IMG/VR virus record: IMGVR_UViG_3300031998_000039
Location: 34,756 to 98,755 of that record
Origin: a virus
Taxonomy: Duplodnaviria > Caudoviricetes
DNA length: 64,000 nucleotides
Direction: 5' to 3' (one strand)
Under the pieces are notes generated by a model, which did not search any database, was not told the DNA's origin, and worked only from the letters and a program-made list of their open reading frames with translations. Shown here one piece after another: positions 1 to 9,336 of this stretch; positions within the stretch are counted from its first letter, which is position 1; each line of letters starts with the position of its first letter. Made by a program: the position numbers and the translations under genes.

Positions 1-3
1 TAT

Positions 4-1266
4 ATGCCTGTTCATACTGTATATACCTTTTTGCCCGGTCAGTATCGTGCATATGTTCGCACTACTTACCAGAACGGATTGATGCAAGAAGGTACAGTAA
101 TAAGTAATAAATATCCATTTAATAATAATGGATTGGCACTCATTAGTGTAACACAAGGTTTACCAGCGCATTGGAATGGTTCAAAGGTAGCTATTTTATG
201 GTCTGGTGATTATAACGCACTGACAGTTGAAATGGATGATGACAGTATCTTATTTAGAATGTATATAAATGATACGCAGATTTATTCTTTTACTTCTCCT
301 GTTGGTACTACTGTTGATGATATAGATAAAATATACATCGGATTTCTTTGGGATATAGGTAACCAAGTCGCAAAGCCATCGTTTGTTTATGACACTGGCA
401 GTGACACTTATGCATATAATCAGGAAGAGCCTACGAATTCCGAAATGGCTGCAATCTTCTCATGGTTGTCACTTGGAGCAACGACACGCTATGACTTTGA
501 TTATACAGGATCGATACAGACATTTACCGCACCTGAGACAGGCACTTACTTGCTTGAAACTTGGGGCGCACAAGGTGGCAATGCTACTGATGGTATAAAT
601 ACTGCCCGTGGTGGTTATGGTGCTTATGCAAAGGGTGAAGTATCATTGACACAAGGCGATGTGCTGTATATCGGTGTTGGTGGTCAGAACGGATATAATG
701 GTGGTGGAATGCTAACAAGATGGATACGAAGAATTATATTTAATGGAACAGTAAAAAATCTTGGTTCATGTACAGAAGATTATCCAATACCTTCAAAATT
801 AATTAATGCTACTAATCCTGATAGAACAAGAAGTGGCGAGCAAGGATATATCAGAGGTGCTTCTGATTTACCAACGGGTGTTAGTATTGGTGATATTTTA
901 TTTAAAGAGGATAATGTAACTGATACCTATACTTTTATGGATGATAATAATTTTAAGATTGTTTTTGGTGTATATCAAAAGACACAAGGCACAAATAGAT
1001 ATGGATTAGGTATTTATTGTAAGAGAAATTCTACTTGGCTTTATGATGCTAATATAGGAGATAATATAGCACCATCTGATACACATTATGAACAATATTA
1101 TTTTAATATCTATATTGATGAAGCAAATCAGAGAGCTTATCTTGTAATTATATCATGGTTGACAGGGCATCCATATGAAGGAAATGGTTGGACAATCGTG
1201 ATGCTTGGTGGAAAATATAATGGGACAGATATATTCTATGAATCATTTCATAATTTAGATATTTAA
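4..1266 (+). CDS. Tail/adhesin protein (probably 5'-truncated by the window): N-terminal half of a glycine-rich domain plus an unrelated C-terminal domain
   Basis: FDYTGSIQTFTAPETGTYLLETWGAQGG...GGYGAYAKG...LYIGVGGQNGYNGGG matches the start of ALK/LTK-type glycine-rich domains; the frame is open to the window edge. Confidence 0.7.
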   Translation: MPVHTVYTFLPGQYRAYVRTTYQNGLMQEGTVISNKYPFNNNGLALISVTQGLPAHWNGSKVAILWSGDYNALTVEMDDDSILFRMYINDTQIYSFTSPVGTTVDDIDKIYIGFLWDIGNQVAKPSFVYDTGSDTYAYNQEEPTNSEMAAIFSWLSLGATTRYDFDYTGSIQTFTAPETGTYLLETWGAQGGNATDGINTARGGYGAYAKGEVSLTQGDVLYIGVGGQNGYNGGGMLTRWIRRIIFNGTVKNLGSCTEDYPIPSKLINATNPDRTRSGEQGYIRGASDLPTGVSIGDILFKEDNVTDTYTFMDDNNFKIVFGVYQKTQGTNRYGLGIYCKRNSTWLYDANIGDNIAPSDTHYEQYYFNIYIDEANQRAYLVIISWLTGHPYEGNGWTIVMLGGKYNGTDIFYESFHNLDI

Positions 1267-1277
1267 AATAACATTTC

Positions 1278-1305
1278 CCCTTCCACTCTGCAAAGGGTGG
1301 AGGGG
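1278..1305 (+). other. GC-rich hairpin with GCAA tetraloop between the first two tail genes
   Basis: CCCTTCCACTCT-GCAA-AGGGTGGAGGGG, 12-bp stem with G.U pairs and no U-tract. Confidence 0.75.
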
Positions 1306-1326
1306 TGTTGAGGAAGGAGGAAGATT

Positions 1327-2316
1327 GTGGCAACAGAAACAGATTATGCGATATTTCAACCAGATTTGTCTTATCAGATAGATATATATGATGAAGGTAA
1401 TAGAGCATTTCGAGGTACCTATACAATTTCTGAGTTATTATCTTTGTTGCAACAAATACCAAGTTGCGAAGATTGTGATAGCGTGTTGATAGCAAAAGGT
1501 ACAAATATTCAGCAGGGATATAGTATTTTTACACCATTAAAAATTGGTAGTAGAACGTCTTATTATGTTGGAGATAACAGTTTATATGAACCTGCCGGAA
1601 ACAGGCAATATGTATTATGGCAATATGATAACGGAATATATGACGGGAAATATTATGGCTTTTATAATAGTACTTCTTTAAGTTCTGTTAATTCAAACTA
1701 TTCAAGAGAAACTATTGATGGAATTGAGTATTATTGGGATTATTGGCCGCAAAATAATAGTTACAAACCAATACTATATATTACCTCATCGGTTGATCGT
1801 GTTGTTATTAATTCGCATCCTGAAATTTCTAACGGTGGCGGAGCAACCCACATAGCTACACGCACAGGCACTCTTATGAGCATAGGTTCATCTAACTTAT
1901 CAGATGTGCTTATAGTGTCTGGTGGTGGCGGTGGTGGTGTACTTGTTGGAGAAACCGCTAATGGTGGTGCTGACGCAGGTGGAATAAGCGGAAATGGAAC
2001 ATTATCAGCAGACCAGACTACTGGTTACGGCTTTGGACAGGGTGAAAGCGGTGCAGATGTAAGTAGTGGTGGTGGCGGATTATATGGTGGCTACAAAGGT
2101 ACAAGTGCTTTAAGCGGTGGTGCTGGCAGTGGCTATATAGGCAACTCTGATTTGTCTAACAAAAAGATGGTTGGATATGATGTTCCCACTTCAAGTTCAA
2201 CAAGCACCAAAACAGAAAGTGTCAACGATGCCTCAGCAACTCCTATATCGGGTAAACCTAAGATTGGCAATGGGTTTGTGAGGATTACACTGCTCAGTGC
2301 CAGCACGGTAGAATAA
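1327..2316 (+). CDS. Tail/adhesin protein: unrelated N-terminal domain plus C-terminal half of the glycine-rich domain
   Basis: SNGGGATHIA...LIVSGGGGGG...GGGGLYGGY...GGAGSGYIG...GNGFVRIT; RBS AAGGAGG upstream of GTG. Confidence 0.7.
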   Translation: MATETDYAIFQPDLSYQIDIYDEGNRAFRGTYTISELLSLLQQIPSCEDCDSVLIAKGTNIQQGYSIFTPLKIGSRTSYYVGDNSLYEPAGNRQYVLWQYDNGIYDGKYYGFYNSTSLSSVNSNYSRETIDGIEYYWDYWPQNNSYKPILYITSSVDRVVINSHPEISNGGGATHIATRTGTLMSIGSSNLSDVLIVSGGGGGGVLVGETANGGADAGGISGNGTLSADQTTGYGFGQGESGADVSSGGGGLYGGYKGTSALSGGAGSGYIGNSDLSNKKMVGYDVPTSSSTSTKTESVNDASATPISGKPKIGNGFVRITLLSASTVE

Positions 2317-2342
2317 CGGGATATCCGTGGAAAGGAAAGAAA

Positions 2343-3248
2343 ATGGCTGAAAATTTGGTTTGGTCTGGTACAAATTATAATGGAATTGATTATAAGCTTG
2401 TTACGGACGGTAATTTAAATGATATATTAATTGATAATGGAGAATATTTTATTATACCTAGTGAACCCGGAATACCAGATATTTATAATAGTGCTATTTA
2501 TAATGGTGGATCTGGTGTTGGTTGGAGAGGTGTAATTATTACAAAAACTCCAATGACTTTTAGACAATACTATTATTGGGGTGGTAGCTGGCGTGAAGAA
2601 ACAAGTTATGTATTTAATTGTACAAGACAAAACAATACAGCATATGAACGTGATAATAGAAATGTAGTTACTGGTTTTAATATATATGAAAATTTTGGTA
2701 TAGGTACGAATGGGACTACTACTTATAGTTATTTACCTCAATTTAATGAAGGTGAAGAGTCTACATTTAGGTCATATGTAAGCACTCCTGTGTCATCTAC
2801 TTATAACTGGGTTTCCGTCTCCACTATAACTGGCAAAAACGGAACGTTCGCACTGTCAACCATAAATAGTTCATACATTAACAATGGCGATCCAGTGACG
2901 GGCGCAACCATAAGCAACTTTGATGCATTAGAAGAAGAAACCAACGTAGGCACACTTGTTAACGACTCGTCTATAGATGAGACAAAGGTTGTTGTCAGAT
3001 ATAATATTCCTCAAGGAACGTATCTATATACAAAGCTGGTATACAAACTAAACTCCGAGCCAGAAACTATTTCGGACGGAGTGGCTATTGACCTTAACCA
3101 AGTAGACTCCCAGTATGTTATAGATAGCATTATTACTGCGGGAACATATTACTTTAAGATATTTACAAACGTTGGCAATAGCAATACTGTAGTGCTTAAT
3201 TATGTCGGCATTGTACCGATTATTATTAATATAGAAAGGGTGTGGTAA
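2343..3248 (+). CDS. Putative virion/tail accessory protein
   Basis: Rich in N/T/Y/S, tail gene context; its C-terminus (YTKLVYK...YYFKIFT) resembles the N-terminus of the next ORF. Confidence 0.55.
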   Translation: MAENLVWSGTNYNGIDYKLVTDGNLNDILIDNGEYFIIPSEPGIPDIYNSAIYNGGSGVGWRGVIITKTPMTFRQYYYWGGSWREETSYVFNCTRQNNTAYERDNRNVVTGFNIYENFGIGTNGTTTYSYLPQFNEGEESTFRSYVSTPVSSTYNWVSVSTITGKNGTFALSTINSSYINNGDPVTGATISNFDALEEETNVGTLVNDSSIDETKVVVRYNIPQGTYLYTKLVYKLNSEPETISDGVAIDLNQVDSQYVIDSIITAGTYYFKIFTNVGNSNTVVLNYVGIVPIIINIERVW

Positions 3249-3249
3249 G

Positions 3250-3756
3250 ATGTCTTCAACTGCAGCGAATGTCAGGGTGACATTTATAGTACCACCCGGA
3301 GATTATGATTATATTAAATTGGTTTATAAGGCAAATGCTGTTCCCGCTTCTTATAATGACGGAACTGCGATTGATATCTTACAATCAGAAACCGAGCATA
3401 TGGTTTATGATCTTAGTGAGGGTATAACATATTACTTCGTAATATTCACATCTAAAGCGGCAAGTACGCCAGTGCCTTATAGAGCAAGCAGTATTATTGT
3501 TTTGCCCGCCGAGCGTATTATTGTTGAAAAACAAGTTGATGAAGAAAGCGAAGAGTTTGTATTAATTGACGATTGGACGTATAAGTGGACGATTAGTGAG
3601 TCAACATCTGTCAATGCGTATGGGTTGGTACTGGAAACTACAGATTCTATTGTAACCGAAACATACGATTATGATATGAGAGAAAATATTGACAATACTG
3701 AAACTAACTTTACCCAAGAGTCAGTTAGTTATGAACAGATTACTGAGGAGGAATAA
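3250..3756 (+). CDS. Putative tail accessory protein, FnIII-like
   Basis: YIKLVYK...LSEGITYYFVIFT resembles an FnIII strand pattern. Confidence 0.5.
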   Translation: MSSTAANVRVTFIVPPGDYDYIKLVYKANAVPASYNDGTAIDILQSETEHMVYDLSEGITYYFVIFTSKAASTPVPYRASSIIVLPAERIIVEKQVDEESEEFVLIDDWTYKWTISESTSVNAYGLVLETTDSIVTETYDYDMRENIDNTETNFTQESVSYEQITEEE

Positions 3757-3759
3757 TAA

Positions 3760-4317
3760 ATGGTTTTAAGTAATTTAAATAAAACGTATAGGGACACTAC
3801 TAATTATACTTTAGCTCCTGTACCGATTTCACATGGAACTGAAGATGTAACCAATTCGTGGATATATCGTGATGCTAATCGTAATAGTTTAGGACTTCAA
3901 AGAAGAAATGGAACTTCTACTAGCAGTTATTATTTTCAATCTTCTGGTGGAAATAATAATGGTGGATTTTATGTAGCTGTTGGATATGGTAATGCATCTG
4001 AAAATGCTGATGATTATAAATTATCTAATATGCAAGGTGTTGATAACGATTTGTTAACACATAAATATGGATATAATAAATGTTTTAGTGGTGATAGCGA
4101 TTATCCTGTTTGGGTTGAAAGCGTTTATGAAAACACGGGAGATACTAATGTAACTGTTAAGGAAATTGGGTTAGTTTATAAACCTAATACATATCAATGG
4201 GATAGTAGTTGGAGTTGGACGCATTGCAACTTCCTTCTTGCCCGTAAGGTGCTTGCCAATCCCGTCACTATCCATCCAAACGAAGTATATAAGTTCATCT
4301 ATAAGTTGAAATTCTAA
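3760..4317 (+). CDS. Putative tail fibre/baseplate-associated protein
   Basis: VAVGYG...VKEIGL...LLARKVL pattern of phage tail-collar/baseplate proteins. Confidence 0.5.
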   Translation: MVLSNLNKTYRDTTNYTLAPVPISHGTEDVTNSWIYRDANRNSLGLQRRNGTSTSSYYFQSSGGNNNGGFYVAVGYGNASENADDYKLSNMQGVDNDLLTHKYGYNKCFSGDSDYPVWVESVYENTGDTNVTVKEIGLVYKPNTYQWDSSWSWTHCNFLLARKVLANPVTIHPNEVYKFIYKLKF

Positions 4318-4470
4318 GGAGATTTATTATGACGTATTTATTACAAGGTAAGGAACTTGGCGTTCCTGTTGCAGAAATCACTGTTGATAAAGCTGAAGAT
4401 ATACAGATATTAGATGACAGGTTTGTACTTAGACCGATAGGCGTAACAGAAGCCGAAGATACAATCAAAA

Positions 4471-4824
4471 TTGTTTCAGAATAAAATAGATAGGGCTAAC
4501 TACCCTATCTATTATTTTATTATAAAGGATGATTCTATGGGCAACCAAATATACTCTAAAGGCACGTTTATTATTGTCGATGTTAAAGATGGTTATATTG
4601 TGGTCAATAAAGACAAACAGTTTAACGAGGGGCATACACATATCTTAAATTTCAAGACAGCCAAGTATTTGATTGATATGGTTATGCACTCTCGCATTCC
4701 ATACCATCTGCCAGATTATTTGCTTATATCTTTGCAACGCTTAAGTGCGGATGAAAAATATAGGGAGAAAATTGGTGAATTACTCGAAAATAAACAGGAA
4801 CATAAACAACGATACGTAAGGTAG
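4471..4824 (+). CDS. Hypothetical protein (likely start ATG 4537)
   Basis: ORF with AAGGA RBS before MGNQIYSK. Confidence 0.6.
   Translation: MFQNKIDRANYPIYYFIIKDDSMGNQIYSKGTFIIVDVKDGYIVVNKDKQFNEGHTHILNFKTAKYLIDMVMHSRIPYHLPDYLLISLQRLSADEKYREKIGELLENKQEHKQRYVR
4485..4518 (+). terminator. Rho-independent terminator
   Basis: AATAGATAGGG/CCCTATCTATT stem followed by T-rich sequence. Confidence 0.6.
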
Positions 4825-5886
4825 GTGAGGCTTATGATAGAGGTTCAACTTAAAGATAGTATGGCAACCATACAAAAGAAACTGAATAAAGGCGGAGAGA
4901 TCCATTTTCAAGCTGGAACTTATAGAATCACACAACAATTGATTATCCCATCTAATACGACAATTTATTTGACAGGAGCAACGCTTCGAAGATGTGCTAA
5001 TATCCAAAGCATTTTTCTGAATAAATGTAAGACAAGCACTAAGGGTTATAAGGGCGCCGGAAACATAAAGATACAGAATGGGACAATAGAAGGAATGGGT
5101 AATTATGGGTATGATAACCTTGTCACATTCTTTCATGGACACGATATCGAGATAGTTGGGGTGACCTTTTTAGACTTTCTATGTCATGCAATAGAACTGA
5201 ATGCCTGTCAGAATGTATTGATTACTGGATGTGCCTTTAAAGGATGTAACACAAAAGAATCGTATAAAGAAGTTATTCAGCTTGACGCAGCTTATACTGT
5301 TGGATTTTGGCTTAATGGAAGTTCAAAGAAATCGAAGTGTTATGATGGGACAATGTGTAATAATATTAGCATAACTAATAATATCTTTACACGGTCTGAT
5401 TATAGAAAACATCCTACGGCATGTATTGGATCGCACACGCAGTTAGTTGGTGGCAGATGTCATACGGATATTAAGATTGTTCAAAATGATTTTACTTGTA
5501 ATGGCGGGAATTGTCTATCCTTGATAGGGATGAAAGACGTTCAGATATTCTCAAACTATTTTAGGGGATGTGCCAGAGCAATTAAAATATGGGAAAAGGA
5601 TGAATCGTATACGTTGACGGGCGAAAAAGTTAAGCCCGAAGTTACTGATGGTGCGGTTGACCATGTGCGAATTATAGACAATGTAGTACAAGACTCTACT
5701 GGTTCTGTAAAATGTTCGGGAGTATATATAGATAATCTCAACGCAACTGTTATAGATATCTATAGCAATAAATTTGAACGAGCGAGTGAATTTGAAAAGT
5801 ATTATCTCTGCGTGGTTAATTGTAAACAACCACCTGATATAGATGTAAAGAATAATCAGAGTCGATTAAGAATAAAAGGATTATAA
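4825..5886 (+). CDS. Right-handed parallel beta-helix protein (pectate-lyase-like/depolymerase-like)
   Basis: GGEIHFQAGTYRI N-terminal motif and repeated I-x-N-N-x-F beta-helix rungs. Confidence 0.75.
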   Translation: MRLMIEVQLKDSMATIQKKLNKGGEIHFQAGTYRITQQLIIPSNTTIYLTGATLRRCANIQSIFLNKCKTSTKGYKGAGNIKIQNGTIEGMGNYGYDNLVTFFHGHDIEIVGVTFLDFLCHAIELNACQNVLITGCAFKGCNTKESYKEVIQLDAAYTVGFWLNGSSKKSKCYDGTMCNNISITNNIFTRSDYRKHPTACIGSHTQLVGGRCHTDIKIVQNDFTCNGGNCLSLIGMKDVQIFSNYFRGCARAIKIWEKDESYTLTGEKVKPEVTDGAVDHVRIIDNVVQDSTGSVKCSGVYIDNLNATVIDIYSNKFERASEFEKYYLCVVNCKQPPDIDVKNNQSRLRIKGL

Positions 5887-5894
5887 CATCGCTC

Positions 5895-5969
5895 CTCGAT
5901 ATGCGATTGATAAAAGATCGAGTTACAAATGTTTGTCGCTGTCCGATATGCGACTAATAAGAAGTCGGG
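5895..5969 (+). repeat. Two 28-nt imperfect direct repeats, each able to form a hairpin
   Basis: 5895-5922 CTCGATATGCGATTGATAAAAGATCGAG and 5942-5969 TCCGATATGCGACTAATAAGAAGTCGGG (20/28 identical). Confidence 0.7.
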
Positions 5970-5998
5970 AAAGGGTGAACGAAAGTTTGCCCTTTTTT
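5970..5998 (+). terminator. Rho-independent terminator ending the + strand operon
   Basis: AAAGGGTGAAC-GAAA-GTTTGCCCTTT followed by T-run. Confidence 0.8.
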
Positions 5999-6135
5999 CG
6001 CATTTTTTTTGATTACACAAGAAGGAACTCTCATACAGCATAAAATAATGCTATTCCCTCTTTTTGATATTGTTACAAGTTGATTACTGTAATCAAGTGC
6101 GATTCTGAACAAGCCCATATTTCAAGGCTTTTTAA

Positions 6136-6155
6136 CGCACCTAATGGGATTCGAA
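6136..6155 (-). other. Putative attP core: 3' end of a host tRNA (probably Arg)
   Basis: Minus strand TTCGAAT-CCCAT-TAGGTGC-G = T-loop, T-stem 3' strand, acceptor 3' strand and discriminator; about 70 bp downstream of the integrase; GATTACAC-like arm repeats at about 6011, 6193 and 6225. Confidence 0.7.
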
Positions 6156-6226
6156 TCGAAATCTAAATTGCCGAAACCCTTGATACACAAGGGGTTACAC
6201 CCATTTTACAGTGCGTTTACATGTGA

Positions 6227-7414
6227 TTACACTTGATTCAGTTTATTCTGAATTTCATAAATCTCTTCATTATTAAAATAGTAATGTTGTCTGGTGGTCA
6301 AGATGTTGGTGTGTCCCATTTGTTTGATAATAATCTTCTCACCAACTCCTGCATCAAATAATTTGGTTGCATAGGTCTTGCGAATTTTATGGAATGATCT
6401 GAATGGTATCTGAACTAATCGGCATAAGGTTTCAATTTTATTAGATAACCATGCAGCTTTAATACGCTGACCGCCACGTACAAACATCCACTCATATTCT
6501 CCGGTGTATTCTTTCAAGGCATCAAGAACTTGCTTTGCTTCATTAGAAAGGATTACACATCTTATTCCGTCACGTCCTTTGGTAAAGCCACGGACTTCCT
6601 CAATCCACTCTCCATGCTGACCTTTATACTTTATCTCTGTCCTCTGTACGATTAGAGTGTCATCTTGATAATCAGACCATTTCAGTGCTGATACCTCGCC
6701 AACTCTTAATCCCGTACAGAATGCAAGGGCTACACCCAATCCCATCATGTCGGGATTAGCCTTAATATATTGCTTTATCTTATTCTCTTCTTCTTTAGTG
6801 AAGACTTGCTCTTCATCAAGTATAGTCTTACGTCTGAAGATTTTGCTTGACAACTGAAGTTCGGCAAGGAACAAGCTGATTCTCATATCAGTAAATCCAT
6901 GTTTATGAGCATATATCATTGCCCCGCTTATCAGGATTCGCATGTTGCCCCAGTTCTTTGCGGTCAGATGCCCTTCAGCTATCTTCTGTTTGATGAATGT
7001 TTCAAGATAAAGTTCATCAATCTTTTTAACTTCTTTGTTTTCTAACGCTGTCCCTTTGATATAGCGTTTATAGTCTGCCGTATATCTATCATAAGTCTGC
7101 TTTTGTATCTCCCCATACTTCAGCTTTTCATTAACCCATGAATCAAAGCATTCTTTAAAACTTATCTTGGGATCTTTCAGCATTTCGAAGATACCGTCCT
7201 CAAGAGCTGCCCTTGTACTCTTGGCGATTAATCTTCTTTTACCCGCTATCTCGACATAGGTCTTCCACCTACCATCGGATGCTAACCATATTTTTTGCTT
7301 GTCAAGAATCTGTTTTCTTTTCATATTTTCATATTCTTGCTGTATGAGAGCAAGATTAATCATACCATTTTCTTGAGCAAATTGCAATAGGTTATCGCAT
7401 TTTATAAGTATCAC
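6227..7414 (-). CDS. int: Tyrosine integrase
   Basis: Catalytic R (TGLRVGE), K, HKIR, MGH, Y; N-terminal arm-binding-like and SAM-like regions. Confidence 0.92.
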   Translation of the reverse strand: MILIKCDNLLQFAQENGMINLALIQQEYENMKRKQILDKQKIWLASDGRWKTYVEIAGKRRLIAKSTRAALEDGIFEMLKDPKISFKECFDSWVNEKLKYGEIQKQTYDRYTADYKRYIKGTALENKEVKKIDELYLETFIKQKIAEGHLTAKNWGNMRILISGAMIYAHKHGFTDMRISLFLAELQLSSKIFRRKTILDEEQVFTKEEENKIKQYIKANPDMMGLGVALAFCTGLRVGEVSALKWSDYQDDTLIVQRTEIKYKGQHGEWIEEVRGFTKGRDGIRCVILSNEAKQVLDALKEYTGEYEWMFVRGGQRIKAAWLSNKIETLCRLVQIPFRSFHKIRKTYATKLFDAGVGEKIIIKQMGHTNILTTRQHYYFNNEEIYEIQNKLNQV

Positions 7415-7466
7415 CCCTCATTTTGATGGTTTAGATACCCATTTTTACCCTCAATTTGATGTTTCT

Positions 7467-7509
7467 AAATCTCAAGGGAAGTCCGCCATAACGAACTCCC
7501 CCAAGATTT
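7467..7509 (-). terminator. Hairpin/terminator downstream of dUTPase
   Basis: AAATCTTGGGGGAGTTCG...CGGACTTCCCTTGAGATTT. Confidence 0.45.
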
Positions 7510-7535
7510 AGATATATATATAATAAGGAAAGAAG

Positions 7536-7961
7536 TCATTTAATTCCTGTACTTCCAAATCCACCACGATTTACATCTTCAAGTTTATCTACAATGTCAA
7601 AGGTAATAGATGGTTGCTTCTCAACTATACGGAACTGGCAGATTCTATCATCTTTATGGATTGTGGTGTGCCTTGTAGCATATGCCGGAAACTTCCAAAC
7701 GTCATCTGTACCACAATAGGACTCATCTACAACACCTTGATGGTTGGTTTGTATTATTCCGAAGTTCTTAAATGTTGAACTTCTTGGCACGATATGAGCT
7801 TCGTATCCTTTAGGCAGTTTCATACTAACACCCAAGGAAATCATTTTAAAATCGCCCTCAAACATTTCCACATCTTCGGCTGCTCTAAGGTCTATCCAAT
7901 CTGAACCGTCCTTTTGTTCTAATGGTGTAATATCTGCATGATATTTAATTGCTATGTTCAT
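7536..7961 (-). CDS. dut: Trimeric dUTPase
   Basis: WIDLRA, PRSS, GVVDESYCG, RICQ and RGGFGSTG motifs. Confidence 0.95.
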   Translation of the reverse strand: MNIAIKYHADITPLEQKDGSDWIDLRAAEDVEMFEGDFKMISLGVSMKLPKGYEAHIVPRSSTFKNFGIIQTNHQGVVDESYCGTDDVWKFPAYATRHTTIHKDDRICQFRIVEKQPSITFDIVDKLEDVNRGGFGSTGIK

Positions 7962-7965
7962 TTAA

Positions 7966-8735
7966 TTATTCTCCCTCTGCAATGTTGTTATCGGTGCTTG
8001 TATTAACAGGAATACGACAAGCATCACAAGGCTCATCAATATTTTCTTTCGCATGTTTTAATCTCTCTATTCTGTCATTAGCCTGTTGCATTTCTTCTTC
8101 TGTAGCGTGACGATTACCGTTTTGATCTACATAAGGATGTTCTTCATTCCACTTTTCTTGCGAATGCTGAAGTGCCTTAAGATATGCATCGTTTAAAGCT
8201 TTAGCCACTACCTTTTTAAATGCACTGCAATCCTTATCGCAATACTTTTCTTTGCGACATTTATCACAATTGCCATCAAGTAGCCACTGTTCGGTTTCAG
8301 GTATTTGTTTCTCCATCTTCTAACTCCTTTAAATAATCTGGATTAAGTTTATACTTAACATTTTCTGCTTCCCAGTATTCGCCATCGATAATGGCATCTT
8401 TTATATCTGATAGCGTCATTTTATTTTCTGCTTTATACATTTCAAGATTGTCAGGATCGATCAGATGTGCAATTATATTTAACTGCACTGCATCTTTGGG
8501 TATATATATAACAGCAGCCTGCAAATCATCATTATATAATTCATCTTTTTTAGCCATCCATTTTGTCCTCCTTTTTATCGAATCCTGTATTAAGCCATTC
8601 AACGAATTTGTTTTTGCACTTTGGACACAAATAATATTTGACTTTACCACTGCAAGTTATTCCAATTATTTCAAAGTCAAGATATTGATTAGTGCTTGGT
8701 TCATCATATTGTTTATAACATCTGTCACATATCAT
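7966..8735 (-). CDS. Three small hypothetical proteins (7966-8316, 8297-about 8557, 8550-8735), two with Cys clusters
   Basis: Overlapping, translationally coupled ORFs in operon orientation. Confidence 0.55.
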
Positions 8736-8859
8736 TTTTTTGTTCTCCCGTTATATCGGCAGTAAATCAAAATTACTGCCGTTTTATCATATACATTTTT
8801 AGAGCCATTTATCTCTAATGTTATACATTTTTAGAGACAACTTATTTGTAACATATTAC

Positions 8860-9336
8860 TCAACTAAGTTTTTCCGCATATTGATTATCTGATGCAAGGG
8901 TTACTCCCAACAGTTCATCATATTTTGAAGGGCGGTTTAAAAGAAAGCGTCCGAACTTTACGATGATGTTGTCGAATTTTTTAAGCAGTTCAAGTTTATC
9001 TAATACCTCGTCTTTATTATATCCTGTGTAGATTACTATTGTATCATTACAATGATATTTATTTCGTAAGATATCTATAAATTGTAGTAATTCTTCAAAG
9101 GTATCAAGGGGTTCAAGTCCCTGAAAACAAATTGCTTTAGCACTACTTTTAAGATAACGTTTAATTAATTTATTTGTATCTATAATAATATCTGGTTGTT
9201 TTGCAAGTTCACTATTTTGACAAACTTGTTGTCCATTACATATATCACACTTAAAAGTACATCTTGGCATAGCAATTATCATTGAATGATCTTTATAATT
9301 AATAAAATCAACATCAATTACATCTTTTACGAGCAT
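8860..9336 (-). CDS. nrdG: Anaerobic RNR activase (radical SAM)
   Basis: CxxxCxxC (RCTFKCDIC), GLEP, IYTGY, ASDNQ. Confidence 0.88.
   Translation of the reverse strand: MLVKDVIDVDFINYKDHSMIIAMPRCTFKCDICNGQQVCQNSELAKQPDIIIDTNKLIKRYLKSSAKAICFQGLEPLDTFEELLQFIDILRNKYHCNDTIVIYTGYNKDEVLDKLELLKKFDNIIVKFGRFLLNRPSKYDELLGVTLASDNQYAEKLS

Noticed and set aside
709-1305. Diversity-generating retroelement target (variable C-terminus plus hairpin)
   Set aside because: No reverse transcriptase or adenine-variant template repeat is visible in the window; it cannot be excluded outside it.
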